DNA of 64,000 nt, taken from contig CM120645.1 of the NCBI GenBank assembly GCA_051362555.1, positions 3,410,001-3,474,000 on the forward strand, read 5' to 3'. Below are positions 25,201 to 38,900 of the stretch, piece after piece. Under the pieces are notes generated by a model, which saw only the letters and a program-made list of their open reading frames with translations, did no database searches and was not told the DNA's origin. The DNA comes from Lingula anatina. Taxonomy: Eukaryota; Animalia; Brachiopoda. The position numbers and the translations under genes are program-made. The first letter of the stretch is position 1. Each line of letters starts with the position of its first letter.

Positions 25201-28200
25201 AATATTGTTATTATTTACATGATTATAAAAAGTTTTTGTACCCACGTCAATAACGTTACCGTGACCCACATATTCACCATTTTTATTAATTATGAAATGT
25301 GGATTAAATTCTTCAAAACCAGTTTTGAAGCATTGAGACAACACCCCCTTATGATTTAAACTAAAACTGAAAACATTCCATTAGACTTTCATTAGTTTGT
25401 GCAAAATATATTACCCAGGATAACGCGTCTTGGATTTGGTGGGTATAGCTGTTCAACTCTCCTGTGTGCCCTAAAAAGGGCAGCTGCTGTTTCCCTTTTT
25501 ATGAAATGATAAACTGTGATGGTGTAGCTATCACATCGCAAAATTACAGCTTCCCAGAGAAAGTTTGAAATTTTCGGTCAAATTCAACATTTTGTAACCA
25601 CTAGCAAAGAATGACAGTATATTAAATGCTATTCAAAACAGAATTTGTAACTATAAGAAGTGGGTTTGAACGGCAGGGAATCTCAGGTTTTCCAGGGAAA
25701 ACAACTATGATGATACGACTGACAACAAATGGAAATTACTGACAGAAGGGTTAATGCCTCTGACAGTGTAAATAGACTTACTGACTGTAGCCCCATGGGT
25801 ATTTTATCTGGTGCAGCCTGCAGTATGCTGACTAGGGTAGGTAACAGTCTCTGCTGTAGCGGCTCTCGGCACTCAGAGTTCTTAGACAACTGGGCAAATG
25901 TGTCCTGCACTAAACTTACTACTAATGGATCTAAAATGCAACAAGATTGAAAACAATAAGTCTTTTGTATTGTCATTTCCTAATAAATAAATAAACAAAT
26001 AAATAAATAAATAAATAATGTTTAACCTGAAGATTAAGTTTTTCCCCTTCAATTTTGCCTTGCATAAATGGAACACTTAAAATAATGAGACTAACTGTTT
26101 CTTCTTACCTCCTACGTTCTACATCCTTATTCAATTTTTTTTTTCAGAATTTTTTTAATCTGGATGATTTTATTTGAGCTTAACTGCCCTTTATATTGAA
26201 TTGATTTACTGTAAATTCCTACCTCCACTGAATTTTAAAAACACAGCGATGGCCAATGGAGAGATCTTGTCTTCCACATTTTTAGTAAAACTAGAATCAA
26301 CCTACAAAAGAAAATTAATGTAACATTATCTGTTGTCCAATAAAAACCTGCGCCACTGTGATTGCAAATCACTAAGAATATTATTTGTCCAAAGAATATT
26401 TTCAGAATCCATTCCTTTTTTTTCAACATCTTTATAACAATGCCTATCTTTCAGAGATGAGTAAGCCATTAGACTTAATCAAGAGTGAGAAGCCATACTT
26501 ACTGATAAAACTATATTTATGGTTTCTAAACACAGAGCTAACACCTCCGTAGAAAACTGTTGAGCTATGGACATGAGTCCATCGAACATATTTCCCAGGT
26601 GCGGCGCCAGGAGCTGGGTCGTATTGGACTGCTTCAGGTGGTCGCAGAAACCGAACACGGCTCTTACAGCTGATATCCGCACACTGGGAGGCTGACTAGG
26701 GTGAAGACCACTCACTGTCGCTTGTAAAAACCTGAGAAAAAAACCACGGAAAAATTTTACGCACTGTCGCTTGTAAAAACCTGAGAAAAAATCACGGAAA
26801 AATTTTACGCACTGTCGCTTGTAAAAACCTGAGAAAAAAATCACGGAAAAATTTTACGCACTGTCACTTGTAAAAACCTGAGAAAAAATCACGGAAAAAT
26901 TTTACGCACTGTCGCTTGTAAAAACCTGAGAAAAAATCACGGAAAAATCTTACGCACTGTCGCTTGTAAAAACCTGAGAAAAATTACGGAAAGATTTTAC
27001 GAACGAGCAGCAAGTTTCTCTCTAAATACGAACAAAATTCATTAATAATCATCCCAAATAAAGCCTTTTTATTAACAAATTCAAACAATATTCTACAATT
27101 CATTATCTTCCAAAATTAATATTTCATTATTAAAAATAATATCATTCTTAGTCCAGAACAAATGAAATACTTAATTACCTTTACCTAATTCATCACTTAT
27201 CTGAAGAATTTACTTCAGCAAAACAAACTTCCTAAGTAACCCTGATTCTAAAGTTTCAGGTATTACAAATGAAAAAAAAAAGTTAAAGATAAATTTTTAC
27301 CTCTCTAAAAGCTGGGGTGACATGGCCCCTGTGTACCTACTTCCTGTCCACAGACATCTCCCCAGCAAAAATGGAGACACTGACAAATTACAAGAAGAAA
27401 ATATTATACACATTTTTTCAAAGTTATAACAATACAAATACAATTATGATTAACTGATATAACACTGAGATTAGATATTGTTTGAATAAACTGTAGCTAT
27501 CACTGTGATTTGCATAACACAGTTGATGTAATTCTTCTATTAAAGCCAAACCTTAATTCAATTTTCAGTCTTTACAAGTATAAATTATAAATATTGACAA
27601 CCGAGTATATATCTGTAAATATTTATCATTAATGGCAATTCTTTTCCAAAGCTCACCTTGTAAATTTAAATCTCCTAAAATAACTGACTCTAAAAACCCT
27701 ACTATATCAAACTGGCATTGTCCACTGTTAATGACGTCCAGCACTAGTGACCTTATACTACCCATGGTCAGCATCACGGACTCATGGAGCTTCCACCTAC
27801 AAAGTACAATGTCATGTAGTTTAAAACATCTTTTTTTATTCATTTAACTTTATTGTATGAGGGTAAAAACAAGGTAATTTAACTTTAGTCTTATCAGTGG
27901 TGAAATAGGTTTTTCATTGTGTCAGAACTGTGTAAAAATGACAATTCCATCCGCCTACAGAATACCAGGAATACTGGTACAGCAGGGTTGTGAAGTAAGC
28001 AATCCACATAATAATTTCCCATACCTGAACTGTGACCACACACATGCACACACAAACTTTACGAAGACATCCTAACTCATGGGAAGTGCACATGTTAAGT
28101 AAGAAATCCAACTGGAGGAGCTCACACAGACTCCTAAGAAAACATCTTTTACCAAGACTCATCTCAACTGGCTCAATGACGTGGTTCACCTAGACCAGCA

Positions 28201-31200
28201 TGAAGCTCCAGAGTGCAGGACTTACCAGTGGGGATTACTAGTTTTGATTGCATCTGCCTCCTGTAAGTGTCTGGTCACTGCTGCAAAGATGCCAGGGGCA
28301 CACTCATTCATGAACTCACTGGCCAGAGACTGGAAAAATAAATAAAAACAAACTGAATTTTATTTCACAACAATAAAATTGACCTTGCAGTTAACATATT
28401 AATTGGGATGGCTCTCTGTGTCTGTTATATGCAACGTTTATCATATGCAAACACCTTCCTTGTCAGCAGAAGTAACTTCCAGATTTAGCATGTGAAAGGG
28501 AAGTGTTCAGGCTTATGCTATGCCATTAAGTGTGAGGTCTTTTGTATAACTGCTTTCCAACAAAATTAATATAAACACTAATTTAACTATATTAAAATAT
28601 TTACGTTCAACATTTCAAACCTAAAACTTTTTAGACCACAAGTCGCTCTAAGAAGCTGAGTGCAAAAGTAGACAAAATATACCAGTCTGTAACCCCAGAC
28701 CTGTAGCTTACAATACAGACTGGACTTTTACCAGTTTAAAACCTCATGTTTAGTGTCCTGTGTTCTCCCATACAAAAGACAGTACCTGTGAAAAACCTGT
28801 TAAGATCAAAAGGCAACTTGTTCCAATATCAAGATGCTCCTGAGCCCCCTACCGAACACTTCCCCTCTCTCTCATGTCCTTAAATGATCTAGAAACTTCT
28901 CAAAGAAGCCATAATCCACTCACCAGCAGCAGATCTTGAGCTGATATTCGAACTGAATATGAGAATGTGTCGTCATCTTCATCTTCAACAAACTGGTCTG
29001 GATTACTACTCCAAAGGCCAATCTGAATACATTAAAAAAATAAAATAAAAATAAACATTAAAAATAAAATAGCAATAATATACTGATTAAAAAAGGAAAC
29101 AATGCTGTCCTAAAAAGGCTTAAATTTATTTACAGTTACTTCTGAAATCTACAATCTTCTGCAAATAATATCAATAATTAAGTCAAAAAGAAGCAATCGT
29201 GTTTATCTTGACTAATACCATAATCACATGATTGTGTACAATTATGACTGTTTCACGTGATTCAGTAAAAGATCTGAAACTGTTCTTTTCTTTTTCTTAC
29301 TGCTTACAACATAAATGCTCAATGATGTTTGAACTGTAGTAAATAAATTTATTTAAAAGTTTTTGGAGTGATAATTACCTGGTCTTCTGTTATTTGCATA
29401 TACAGCACCACATAATAAATAAGCTGATCCATGGATTTCTTGACCACGCCCCGGAACTTTGGGGTCTCAATCAACGCATGGATAAATTCAAATATACCAA
29501 ATACTAGGTTCTCAAAACCGAGTACTTCCCCTAAGGAAAAAATTTATTAGATTTTTAATAGAGTAAGAAGATCACATTTACAATCAGAAATTAGCAGAAG
29601 GCACAGTTTTAAAGCCCTTCTTTCTTTTTGCTGTCTGAGTGATTAATTTGGGTATTAATTTGGCATGGAGATTTTGTTTGAGTTGTGTAAGAAACTGGTA
29701 GTAGTAATTTTTATGCATTACAGGGAGTATCCTGAAGTATTTGAAAATTTAATGAAAACTGCCTAACTCTAATCTTCACATAGCTCAAATAAATGTTCCT
29801 CTTCCAAATTGTTTACATTACGCAAAATCTACTACATCTTCATACCATCTGAGTCCACAGGATTCACGGCATCCTCTGTATCATTGACAACAGTTCTAAC
29901 ATAGATGTCAGCACTGTGCGTCAGTGTGTTCCAAACTGGAGGCAAGATTTGGTGCAGCCAGGGACTCATATTCTTTGGAAAGGCTTTCACTAGAGTTGTA
30001 ATGCCCTGAAATGATTAACATTGACAGAAATGAAAAATTGCTACCATCTGGTGCAGCTAAGACCACCTTCCCTGGAAGAGGATTTCAGCAGAGTCTTGAT
30101 ACCCTATAAAATTCAATATTTGGTGCGATAGGGGTTGAGTTTAAAGCACAGCAATGAACTCACATTCTTGATCATACCTATTATTCAGGCAAAATAAAAG
30201 ACTACAGACAGACCTAGAAATTACCCCAAATTATGAAACAGACTTCCAAATTTAAAATCTAGAGCAAATTATCCCAAATTATGATACCAACATCCAAATT
30301 CAAAATCCAGAGGACAAACTACCAGTGATCGCACATGAAAACCAGCAAAATACCTTTAAAACTTCCATCTTCAACCCACTGTCAGAGGTCTCTCCATCCG
30401 GGACCTGTAGTGCCTGTATGAATGCCTCCACAAACTGCGGTAATACTGGGAACAGCAGCTGCTTGGCCACCCCTTTGTTGTAATCTGTCATTGTTCCTAT
30501 CAGACCTGCACACGTGTTGAAAATATCAACTGCTCGAGACCTGGTCCTTATACTGTATGCCTGAAAGTAAGCAACAGTCATTTTTACTAAGAAAAAAAAA
30601 TATGTAAGAAGGCTGTAAAAAGTTAACATCTTGTCCCATTTTATTTAATGAAACTTCATGTTCCTACAAAACGATTTCACAAGAATGACGGCAGGGTGCA
30701 AGCAATCATGATAAATTGATATAAAATGCGTTGTTTGTGGTAGCTTGTCAGGTCGTATTGCATAAGTTGTGACATGTAACAATGTAATGCATTTCTCACC
30801 TTATCTTGTGTGAAAATATTGTACATCTCAGGAAGTATGACAGGGGCAACCTGTGGCATCTGAGTGTCTGTCACTTCACGACAAAACTCTAAAACATTAT
30901 CCAATAAAATGAAATTACAACCCTGGCGTAGTCAAAACTTTTAAAAACTTATATTGCCACGTCATAAGTACATAACTACATCTCTCAGTAAACAAATTGT
31001 GTGTTCTATGTACTAACTCTTGGCAAATATGGTTTCACTTTTTCTGACAGATTCAATTTTATAGGTAAATAAAGGTCGATTCTGACAAACCTGATTACAA
31101 CTGAATTACCTGTTCCATCAGCAACAGGTAAAACAAATTTTGGACCCATCATAAATTGAAAACTGTAATTTCTAAAGACTGCAAATTAATGAAACTATTT

Positions 31201-32671
31201 TCACATTTTAAAAAATCTCCCTTTAAAAATTTTGCTTTACTGAATACTAACAAAACATAACAATCTTGAACAAACTAACACAATGTAGTCACAACCATCA
31301 CAATGCCCTGACATCACACCTAACACACTCACCAGTGAGCACCCTCATGGCACCATGGACGGCATTCCCATCTCCACTGGTCAGAGCCTGCATGAGAATC
31401 CCAAACAGTTCGGGCCACGCCTCAGGCCAGTCCCAGTGGGCGATGGCTGACACTGCGTACGCCACACTGGAACGCACCTTGCTGATGGTTTCCTTTAGTC
31501 CCATAGGAAGAATTTGCCTGATCACAGACTTGGCCTAGAGAAAATATCTTGAGATTTTAATGAAAAATTGGGATAGATGTATGCAGTTCATAATGCATTA
31601 CTTTTCACCTTGTTACTTGCTGAAATGGTATATATCCCACATGAATTTTGTGAAATAGATTTTAGCTTTGGTATTAGCTGAAAGTGAAACTAATGTCACT
31701 GATAAAATTTGGCAGACCAGTTTGCTTAAAATAAATTGGATAATTTTTGGATATTTTTATGAAATTGAACACTGCAAAGATACAGGTAAATGTGAACCTC
31801 ATCAAACAGCCAGAGAAATAAATGCAGATTTCAGTCGGTTTGTGTGATCTCTGGGAATGTAACATGCTGTTGTGTTACATCTGACTGGGGGAAGGGAGTG
31901 GGGGTGGGGGTGGGCTTGGGGTGAGGATTTGGAGAGAGAGGAGTATCAGTGTACTTACACTGTCCACAGTTTCAGGAGGCCTGAACTTCTCAGAATGCTG
32001 CGACCAGTGTGTCTCTACATACTGCTTCAGTAGCACTGAGGCCAGTTGGCGGATAGCTAAGGCCCCATTAGGGTCCACTGTGAACTCTGCCAGGTGGACA
32101 CCAAACTCTAGAATAAAGAAATATCACAGATATTCAATATGATCCATCAGTCAGTTTGTACATATGGCTACATGCATATTAATTCACAAAGCAAGAATAC
32201 GGCAGTGTACAAGTGCTGTATAAAAATGAAATGTGTGCATTTTACATGCAAACAAAATAAAAACAATCATGTATCAAACGCACACATGCACAAAACTGGG
32301 CAGTCTGGAACCCTATTATGTATAAGACTGAACACACACACAGACACACATTTGCCACTTTCACTGCCACTGAATAAATTGATCCACTCTGTTAAATTAT
32401 GTTAACTGACTCAGGATGTATACACATAGTGCAGACTGGATCAACCCTAGTCACTCATGCTGCACTGGATATGAACATGTGCCCATTTTCAAGCATGCAG
32501 TGTGTATCTATTCTGTGTAAAGACATGTATAAGGTTACCTTCTGTCACTTCCAATGCTTTAATCTGTTCTTCACCCGACGCCCGCACATTCTGCATAGGC
32601 GATAAAATGGCTGTCAGACTTTCGAAGAGCGCTTCTTTCAGGGATCGGTTTCTGTCAATATCCCCGGCCAT
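19206..32671 (-). CDS. IPO9: Importin-9, complete, 23 coding exons, 3105 nt / 1034 aa
   Basis: Exons: 32671-32539, 32107-31959, 31534-31333, 30888-30800, 30560-30354, 30005-29846, 29530-29379, 29022-28924, 28329-28226, 27796-27657, 27379-27301, 26731-26503, 26301-26223, 25930-25782, 23323-23198, 22923-22851, 22512-22310, 22012-21846, 21483-21353, 20996-20872, 20494-20383, 19894-19815 and 19322-19206. All are GT-AG and in phase. Diagnostic peptides: [87 protein letters not shown]. Confidence 0.97.
26713..27001. repeat. 48/49-bp tandem repeat, 6 copies, spanning the IPO9 intron-11/exon-12 acceptor
   Basis: The unit cactgtcgcttgtaaaaacctgagaaaaaatcacggaaaaattttacg starts at 26713, 26762, 26810, 26859, 26907 and 26955. 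Confidence 0.97.
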
Positions 32672-32976
32672 GTTGACCTCGGAAGTGAATACGAAGATGG
32701 CGCGAAATTTCACGCGCTCTCGTTAGCTGGGGAAATAATTTTTCTCACATCAATGGGAATAATTTATCCTTGAGTATTGTTTCTTTTCCTAACTTGGAAG
32801 AAAAAAATGCCTTAAACCTAAAATTTATCCCTTTTTATAAAGTAGCAAATGTCTGTCTGCCACCCTGGCCATTTGAAAACGAGGTTACATGTTCCTCTTC
32901 CGGTCCAGCCATATTGAATTCGTGGAACCGGCATCTCTCTAGGTGCTTAATCCGCCGACATCGCTAAAAGTGCGCC
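32672..32976. promoter_or_regulatory. Bidirectional promoter region shared by IPO9 and RPN1
   Basis: The divergent start codons are 305 bp apart. The region has ETS-like CGGAAGTG (32680) and CTTCCGGT (about 32897), YY1-like AAGATGGCG (32694) and E2F-like GCGCGAAA (32700), and is locally CpG-rich. Confidence 0.75.
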
Positions 32977-35900
32977 ATGGAAAAATTTAGCATCGAACTG
33001 ATCGTAGTGTCCACTCTTTTGGCTACATGTTGCACTGCAAATCAAGACACTGTCAACACTGCCATAGTCAACAGCAACGTTGAAAGGAAGATAGATATCA
33101 GTACTCATCTCGCCAAAGTTACCAACGTCATCACTTTGGAAAATACAGGAAAGGGTGCTGTGAGATCTTTTCTGTTTGCACTCGAAGATGCAGATGCTAA
33201 GGATCGCTTATCCTTCATTGGAGCACAGGTATGTGTAGTTGTCTTGTTTAGGAGTCTTCATATGCATTCCTTATCTCTGAAAATATTTTGGTGGAGGGGG
33301 GAGGGAGAGACTTTGTTCATGAATCATTAATTTATTGTTTATGGTTGTAGTTTGTTATTGCACTGTTGGTTTGGAGCCAAACAATTAGATATACACAGCA
33401 TTTTCTCATTAGGATCTGTTGTCATGTACAAACAATAGTTATTTATTATTTTATTTGCAGACAAAGGTAGAAGACGGAGAGGACTCAAACTTACCCGTAT
33501 CTGAAACCACTGTCACAACTGATGCCAAGTAAGTTGCATACAATCTACTGACATGACAGTTACTGCAAAAGTCATGAAAGACATCCTGCAGTGTTATTGG
33601 GTGTGATTGAATTGAATTAAGTTTGTTGTTGTTGTATTTTTTTGTTATATTCTGTTCACCAAGAAAGGGGATTTTTTTTTAACCAATCAGATTGTGCCAT
33701 CACATCGCATCACATACTGTGAAGCATGCATTGATTGTATATGGGCAGTATATGGGGAAATATGGTCATAATTTACTATTGAACTGAAAGCTGCAAATAT
33801 GTCTAGCATACAAAAATAGATCACGATTTAATTAAATTATTTAATTTAATTATTATTATTATTATTTATTATTTTAGAGATGAACGAGGTTCTTATACAG
33901 GCATTTGCTTTTTATAAAAGACCATGGAATTTTGAAATTTTAAATTAAATGTTTTGATCTCACAATAAATGTTCAGAGATGTGATTAAAAAAAAAAAACA
34001 AGGCTAATTCCTGCTTTAAGCTCATTTTCTGTTGTTGAAAGTTTTATAGAATTAATGTCCATACCATTATTGACATGTTTTCTGCATTGAGTTAGACCTT
34101 GATTTTAATTATTAAATGATAATAATTCCTCAAGTTTTTTCTGAACTTGTCATAAAACGTCTGTGTTCTAGGGGTGCAAAGTTTTGGCGCATTGACATCC
34201 CAGCCCTCGGTGAAGGCAGCACAACAACGGTCACCGTGGAGACCGTGTTCACCCACGTCCTCCGCCCCTACCCTGCCCAGATTACACAGGGGGAGAAACA
34301 GCTGATGCAGTACCACGGCAACCTATATTACTACTCCCCATACTCCACCAAGACCCAAACCACCTCTGTGCAGCTGTCCTCCAGCACTATTGAGAGTTAC
34401 ACCAAGACCAAACCAGTGTCTGTCAATGACAAGACCATTACCTATGGGCCTTATGAATCTAGGCCAGCTTTTACTAAAGTAGGTGAATAGATGAAAAATG
34501 TTCCTTATTTCTGCATATGGTGAAATGTTCTCTATTTCTGTGTGTGGATTTGATTTACAGACCAATAATTACTTTTATTAAGCAGTGGCTTTTTTTTAAG
34601 TGGTGGTAAATTGCTTATAATTAAAAAGCAATCATTGTGAAATCTATTAAGCCTTACAAAACTTGGCTTTTAAGAAGTGTGGGTTTAATTGCGTCATGGT
34701 CAAACCCTCTTCACCTCATGACATTGGGTCTGATTTGGTATTCTTATTTCCATTCAGGGTGAGGTTGTGATCCACTACGAGAACAACACGCCATTCCTGA
34801 CGGTGACCCACCTGACGCGGACCATAGAGGTGTCCCACTGGGGGAACATTGCAGTGGAGGAGACATTTGATATGTACCACACTGGAGCCAAGCTGAAAGG
34901 TCCCTTCTCCAGATATGACTACCAAAGACATCAGGATGGAGCTTCTTCCATTAAATCATTCAAGGTCAGTTGGAATAGAACCTTTCATTTTCTGATTCAT
35001 GGAAAGAAGTTTTGCCTGTTAAGACGCTAAAGAATTTTATATGAATTGATCTGCTTCTATTCCAATTTTGTAAGACCTGAGCATCTTCAGCCAATTTGCC
35101 TTCCATCTATGCTACATGATTTCCTTCTTTCTTTACTCAGTGTAAATTATACAAACTTTAAAAATATTTTCAGACTGTATTACCTGCCAACGCCAAAGAC
35201 ATTTACTACCGTGACGAGATTGGTAACATTTCCACCAGCAACCTGCGAGAACAGGACGAAGGCATGGAGCTGGAACTCCGCCCACGTTTTCCTCTGTTTG
35301 GAGGCTGGAAAACCCACTACACTATCGGCTATAACATTCCAGCTTATCAGTATTTGTACAACTCAGGTAAGTTTAAAGTTTAATAGGCATCTTGTTAACA
35401 ATTTATTCATTTGTCTTTGTTTTATCGAAATGAGGAAATGAGCTGCATTAGGTAAGATTCATTAATTATATAGATGCCTATTTTACCATAATTGTGATTG
35501 AAAAAAAGATTGTTTGAATTTTGTGTTTTTGCTATAGAAGTTTATTGGGCCTGAGCTACCATTAGAACATGTTATTCATTACATTACACCCATTGGTGCT
35601 GTATCTGCAGTGTGTATGTTTTAATTGAGAAGTTTTTATTTCCCCCCCCTCAGGTAGCAACTATGCACTGAAGATGCCTTTTGTAGACCATGTGTATGAT
35701 GATCAGGTCATAGACTATATCACAGTCAAGATTATCCTGCCTGAGGGATCCAAGTAAGTATCCTTATTGACCTTATTTATTGACCGCAATAAAATGCAAA
35801 GACTGGTTTGCTGTTCAGAATATATTAATTGTTAAGAAAATTTTTCAAGTAGTTTACAGACATGCTGAAAACTCTGAGGGCAATGCAGGCCAATTGGCCT

Positions 35901-38900
35901 GCTTAGATCTGAATATTGCAGGCCCGGACAAGATATTGCCGGCCCAAATGTTTTTCGCATTAAAATGTATATTTACCCTATTTCGCGTAAAAACTGTGCA
36001 CTTTTAACTTCTGCTTTATACACTTTAAAAGGACAGTTGAGTAGCAATTAGGTGATTAAAAATCAAATAACTGCATCTTTGAATAGATCTTTTATTGAAA
36101 AGTAATTTTACTGCTCAGATAACGTCTGGGTAATATATGACTTAAAGGTAAACAAAGGGCCAAAAAGGCATCAAAACTCACAGAAAACAAATTTTCCATA
36201 GGTAAACTGCAATTTTCCTAGACTAACCTTAAACCAGGCCTTACCTGAGCTAAATCATCCGTCTAAACTACCCAAGAGCACTTTTCCAAGTTTTGAGTTT
36301 CTTACAGCAGCTTTAGACAAAATGTCAAATTATCCCAACCTACACATGACTTTAACTTGCATTATATAAAGCTTAAAGCAATAATAACTCTTCCTTTGAG
36401 ATTCAAAATTCCGCATGAAATACATTGTAAACAACGCATGGAAATATATTCTATTGTATTTTACCACTAAAACGGCCGTTATTGTAGTAAAACTAAAATC
36501 TGTGCTTGTCAATGGGGCTTTCGGTGCCTTTCTTCCCAGTCATCAAAGCATTCGTTGCTAATGACGTAATGGTGTCACGCGGATTCTCGCGTTCATTCGA
36601 GACCAATATAACATGGCGCCAAACGCATTAATGCGGACGCAGACGTAAGTTGCGAGTTTTTGTACAGTGCGTCGGATAACGAAAAGCCCAGAATGGCACA
36701 CATTGTGGATATAAATGCATTTTTAACAAAAAGACGAATATATCTCATGAATCTTATATAGTGTTGTTGTTGTCTGCTTTTCCCGCGGTTTTAAGTAGGT
36801 CACCAGTGACTTTGCAATGTCAGAGAGAGCTCTGTCAGTTAAAATCTCTTAAGAGATTTTAACAAAAAACCGTACGTTTAGGAAAAAAACCCTGGATTAA
36901 CTTTGAATGCAGGAATGGGGTCGTTGACCATTGGTAAGTACGGGAAAATTGCCGTTTTTTCCAGGAAAATTCAATTTTTGGCCAAAACGAAGAGTTATTA
37001 TGACTTTAACAGTAAATTGTATTACTCTGAAGTATCGAATAAAAGTACTGATGGAATAAAAGTACTGGGTGGAAAAAATCTCGAAATTTAATAAAAGTAC
37101 TGGATGGAATAAAAAATATAAATAAAAATAAAGAAGAAGAAGAGACAGAAAAAACTATTTATCATTGTAAAAAAAAAACTTTCAGCAGGTAAAATTCACT
37201 CAGTATTATTATTTATATTGAAAACAGGATATCTAATTTATTTTCAAAAAAAAAAAAATTGCCATACGTTCTGAATAATGTACCAAAATGTCATTTTTGT
37301 CACCGCCTAATGATGAAAATATATAATACATTCGTGTGAACAGCATCCACGGATACGAGTTCAATATCAGGGTCCGTAGACGCACCAAAGCCGTCTCCGA
37401 TAGCCATACGCTGTTAGGAGACGTTATTCAAAGTAAATTTATTCTCAGATATAAGGTTTGTTTTGCATACCTGTTAACTCCTAAGGGTTTATCTTACATA
37501 GAATTGTGATTTAACATCGTTTAAATCATAAATCCGCATGAAATAATTGATGTTTGAAAACAGACAAAACTTATTTGCTGCACTTGAAATGACCTCGTTA
37601 GCTATAAATACGATCCTATCACCTTGCGACATGACATCATTCAATCGATATACATGAGTAGTTGTCACTGTTGAAGGGAAAGCACATCTATTTATAGGAA
37701 CTGAAATCAGACAACGCATGTTTCGTAGTGTTCAGAGAGCGACTTCCGCTTGACCTACTTTCCTGTGCTGTTTGTCGAACAGTAGGTAATGAGTTGAGAT
37801 CTCGATTTTCTTCTCATTATACTTCAATTTAAGAAAATAAAAAGCGTGACTTGTACTCGTATAATTTCCCGCCGGTACGATAGGTAGTTAATAAACATAC
37901 TGGGTGGAAGATTTTTGAAAAATTTATAACCGTACTAGGTAAGTCAGAAATTATTGCCGGCCAAATTGGGCCGACATACACTAAAATTTTAAGAATATTG
38001 TCGGCCCGACTGTCGATTGGTGGGTCAAGGGCCGGCGGCCGGCAATTTTCAGCATGTCTGAGTTTATACAACTTAAGACCAGATAACACTCCCCCCTTCC
38101 GAAGACCAATTTAGTGTTTTGCCCCACAATAAATTTTCATGTTTTTGGAAGCCCAAGTTCACATTTCATTAAAATGTTTGATTTTCAAACTCAGTTTTGT
38201 CTTATTATTATATTGGATTCCTTTTTCAATGTAAATATTTTATTTTGTAAATTTTATTCTAATTAATTTCTTGTACAATGTCAGGTTGCTATGTTTTAAT
38301 AAATTTACTGTCAATATTATTATTATGGCATTTAAGGAACATCCAGTTTAACCCTCCCTACGATGTGAAGCGTGATGCAGACAGTCTCCACTTTACATAT
38401 CTGGACACAGTGGGCAGGCCAGTGGTCACCCTCCATAAGACCAACCTGGTGGAGAACCACATTCAGGACTTCCAGGTAACACTGGGATTTATCACACAAA
38501 TCAGGGCTTGATATTAAGGGTGGCCCACTGGCCCTGGGCCACTGAAAACCAACCTAGGGCCATTGAATCGATGGGGTCACTGGACCAAAGACCAAGTAAA
38601 ATGTCATGTCAAATCATCCTTGCAATATTTACCACTATCGCGGGCCAGTTTCGAAAAAAGTTAGTGTCAAGCCCTGCAAGTATAATACAAAACGTACTAA
38701 TAGGGAAAACAAGTGCACTAGCGATAGATTAAAATATATTTGTCTTTCCAATTCAATTTTGCCTGCTTGACTTGCTCATGTTGTGAAACAAAGAGAACAA
38801 GGCAGCAAAGCTGTCAAATGTACAGACAAAAAGCAGGAAATAACTATGCACAAAATAGGCAACTGTTAATTCTGATGCAAAAGTACATTATGTTAAACTG

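Noticed and set aside
26713-27001. Regularly spaced repeats resembling a CRISPR array (also 10760-11840)
   Set aside because: There are no unique spacers and no cas genes, and the context is a eukaryotic intron or intergenic region.
30212-30312. Diverged ~50-bp duplication in IPO9 intron 5 near the donor
   Set aside because: It does not include the splice site, so it was not counted as another splice-site duplication.
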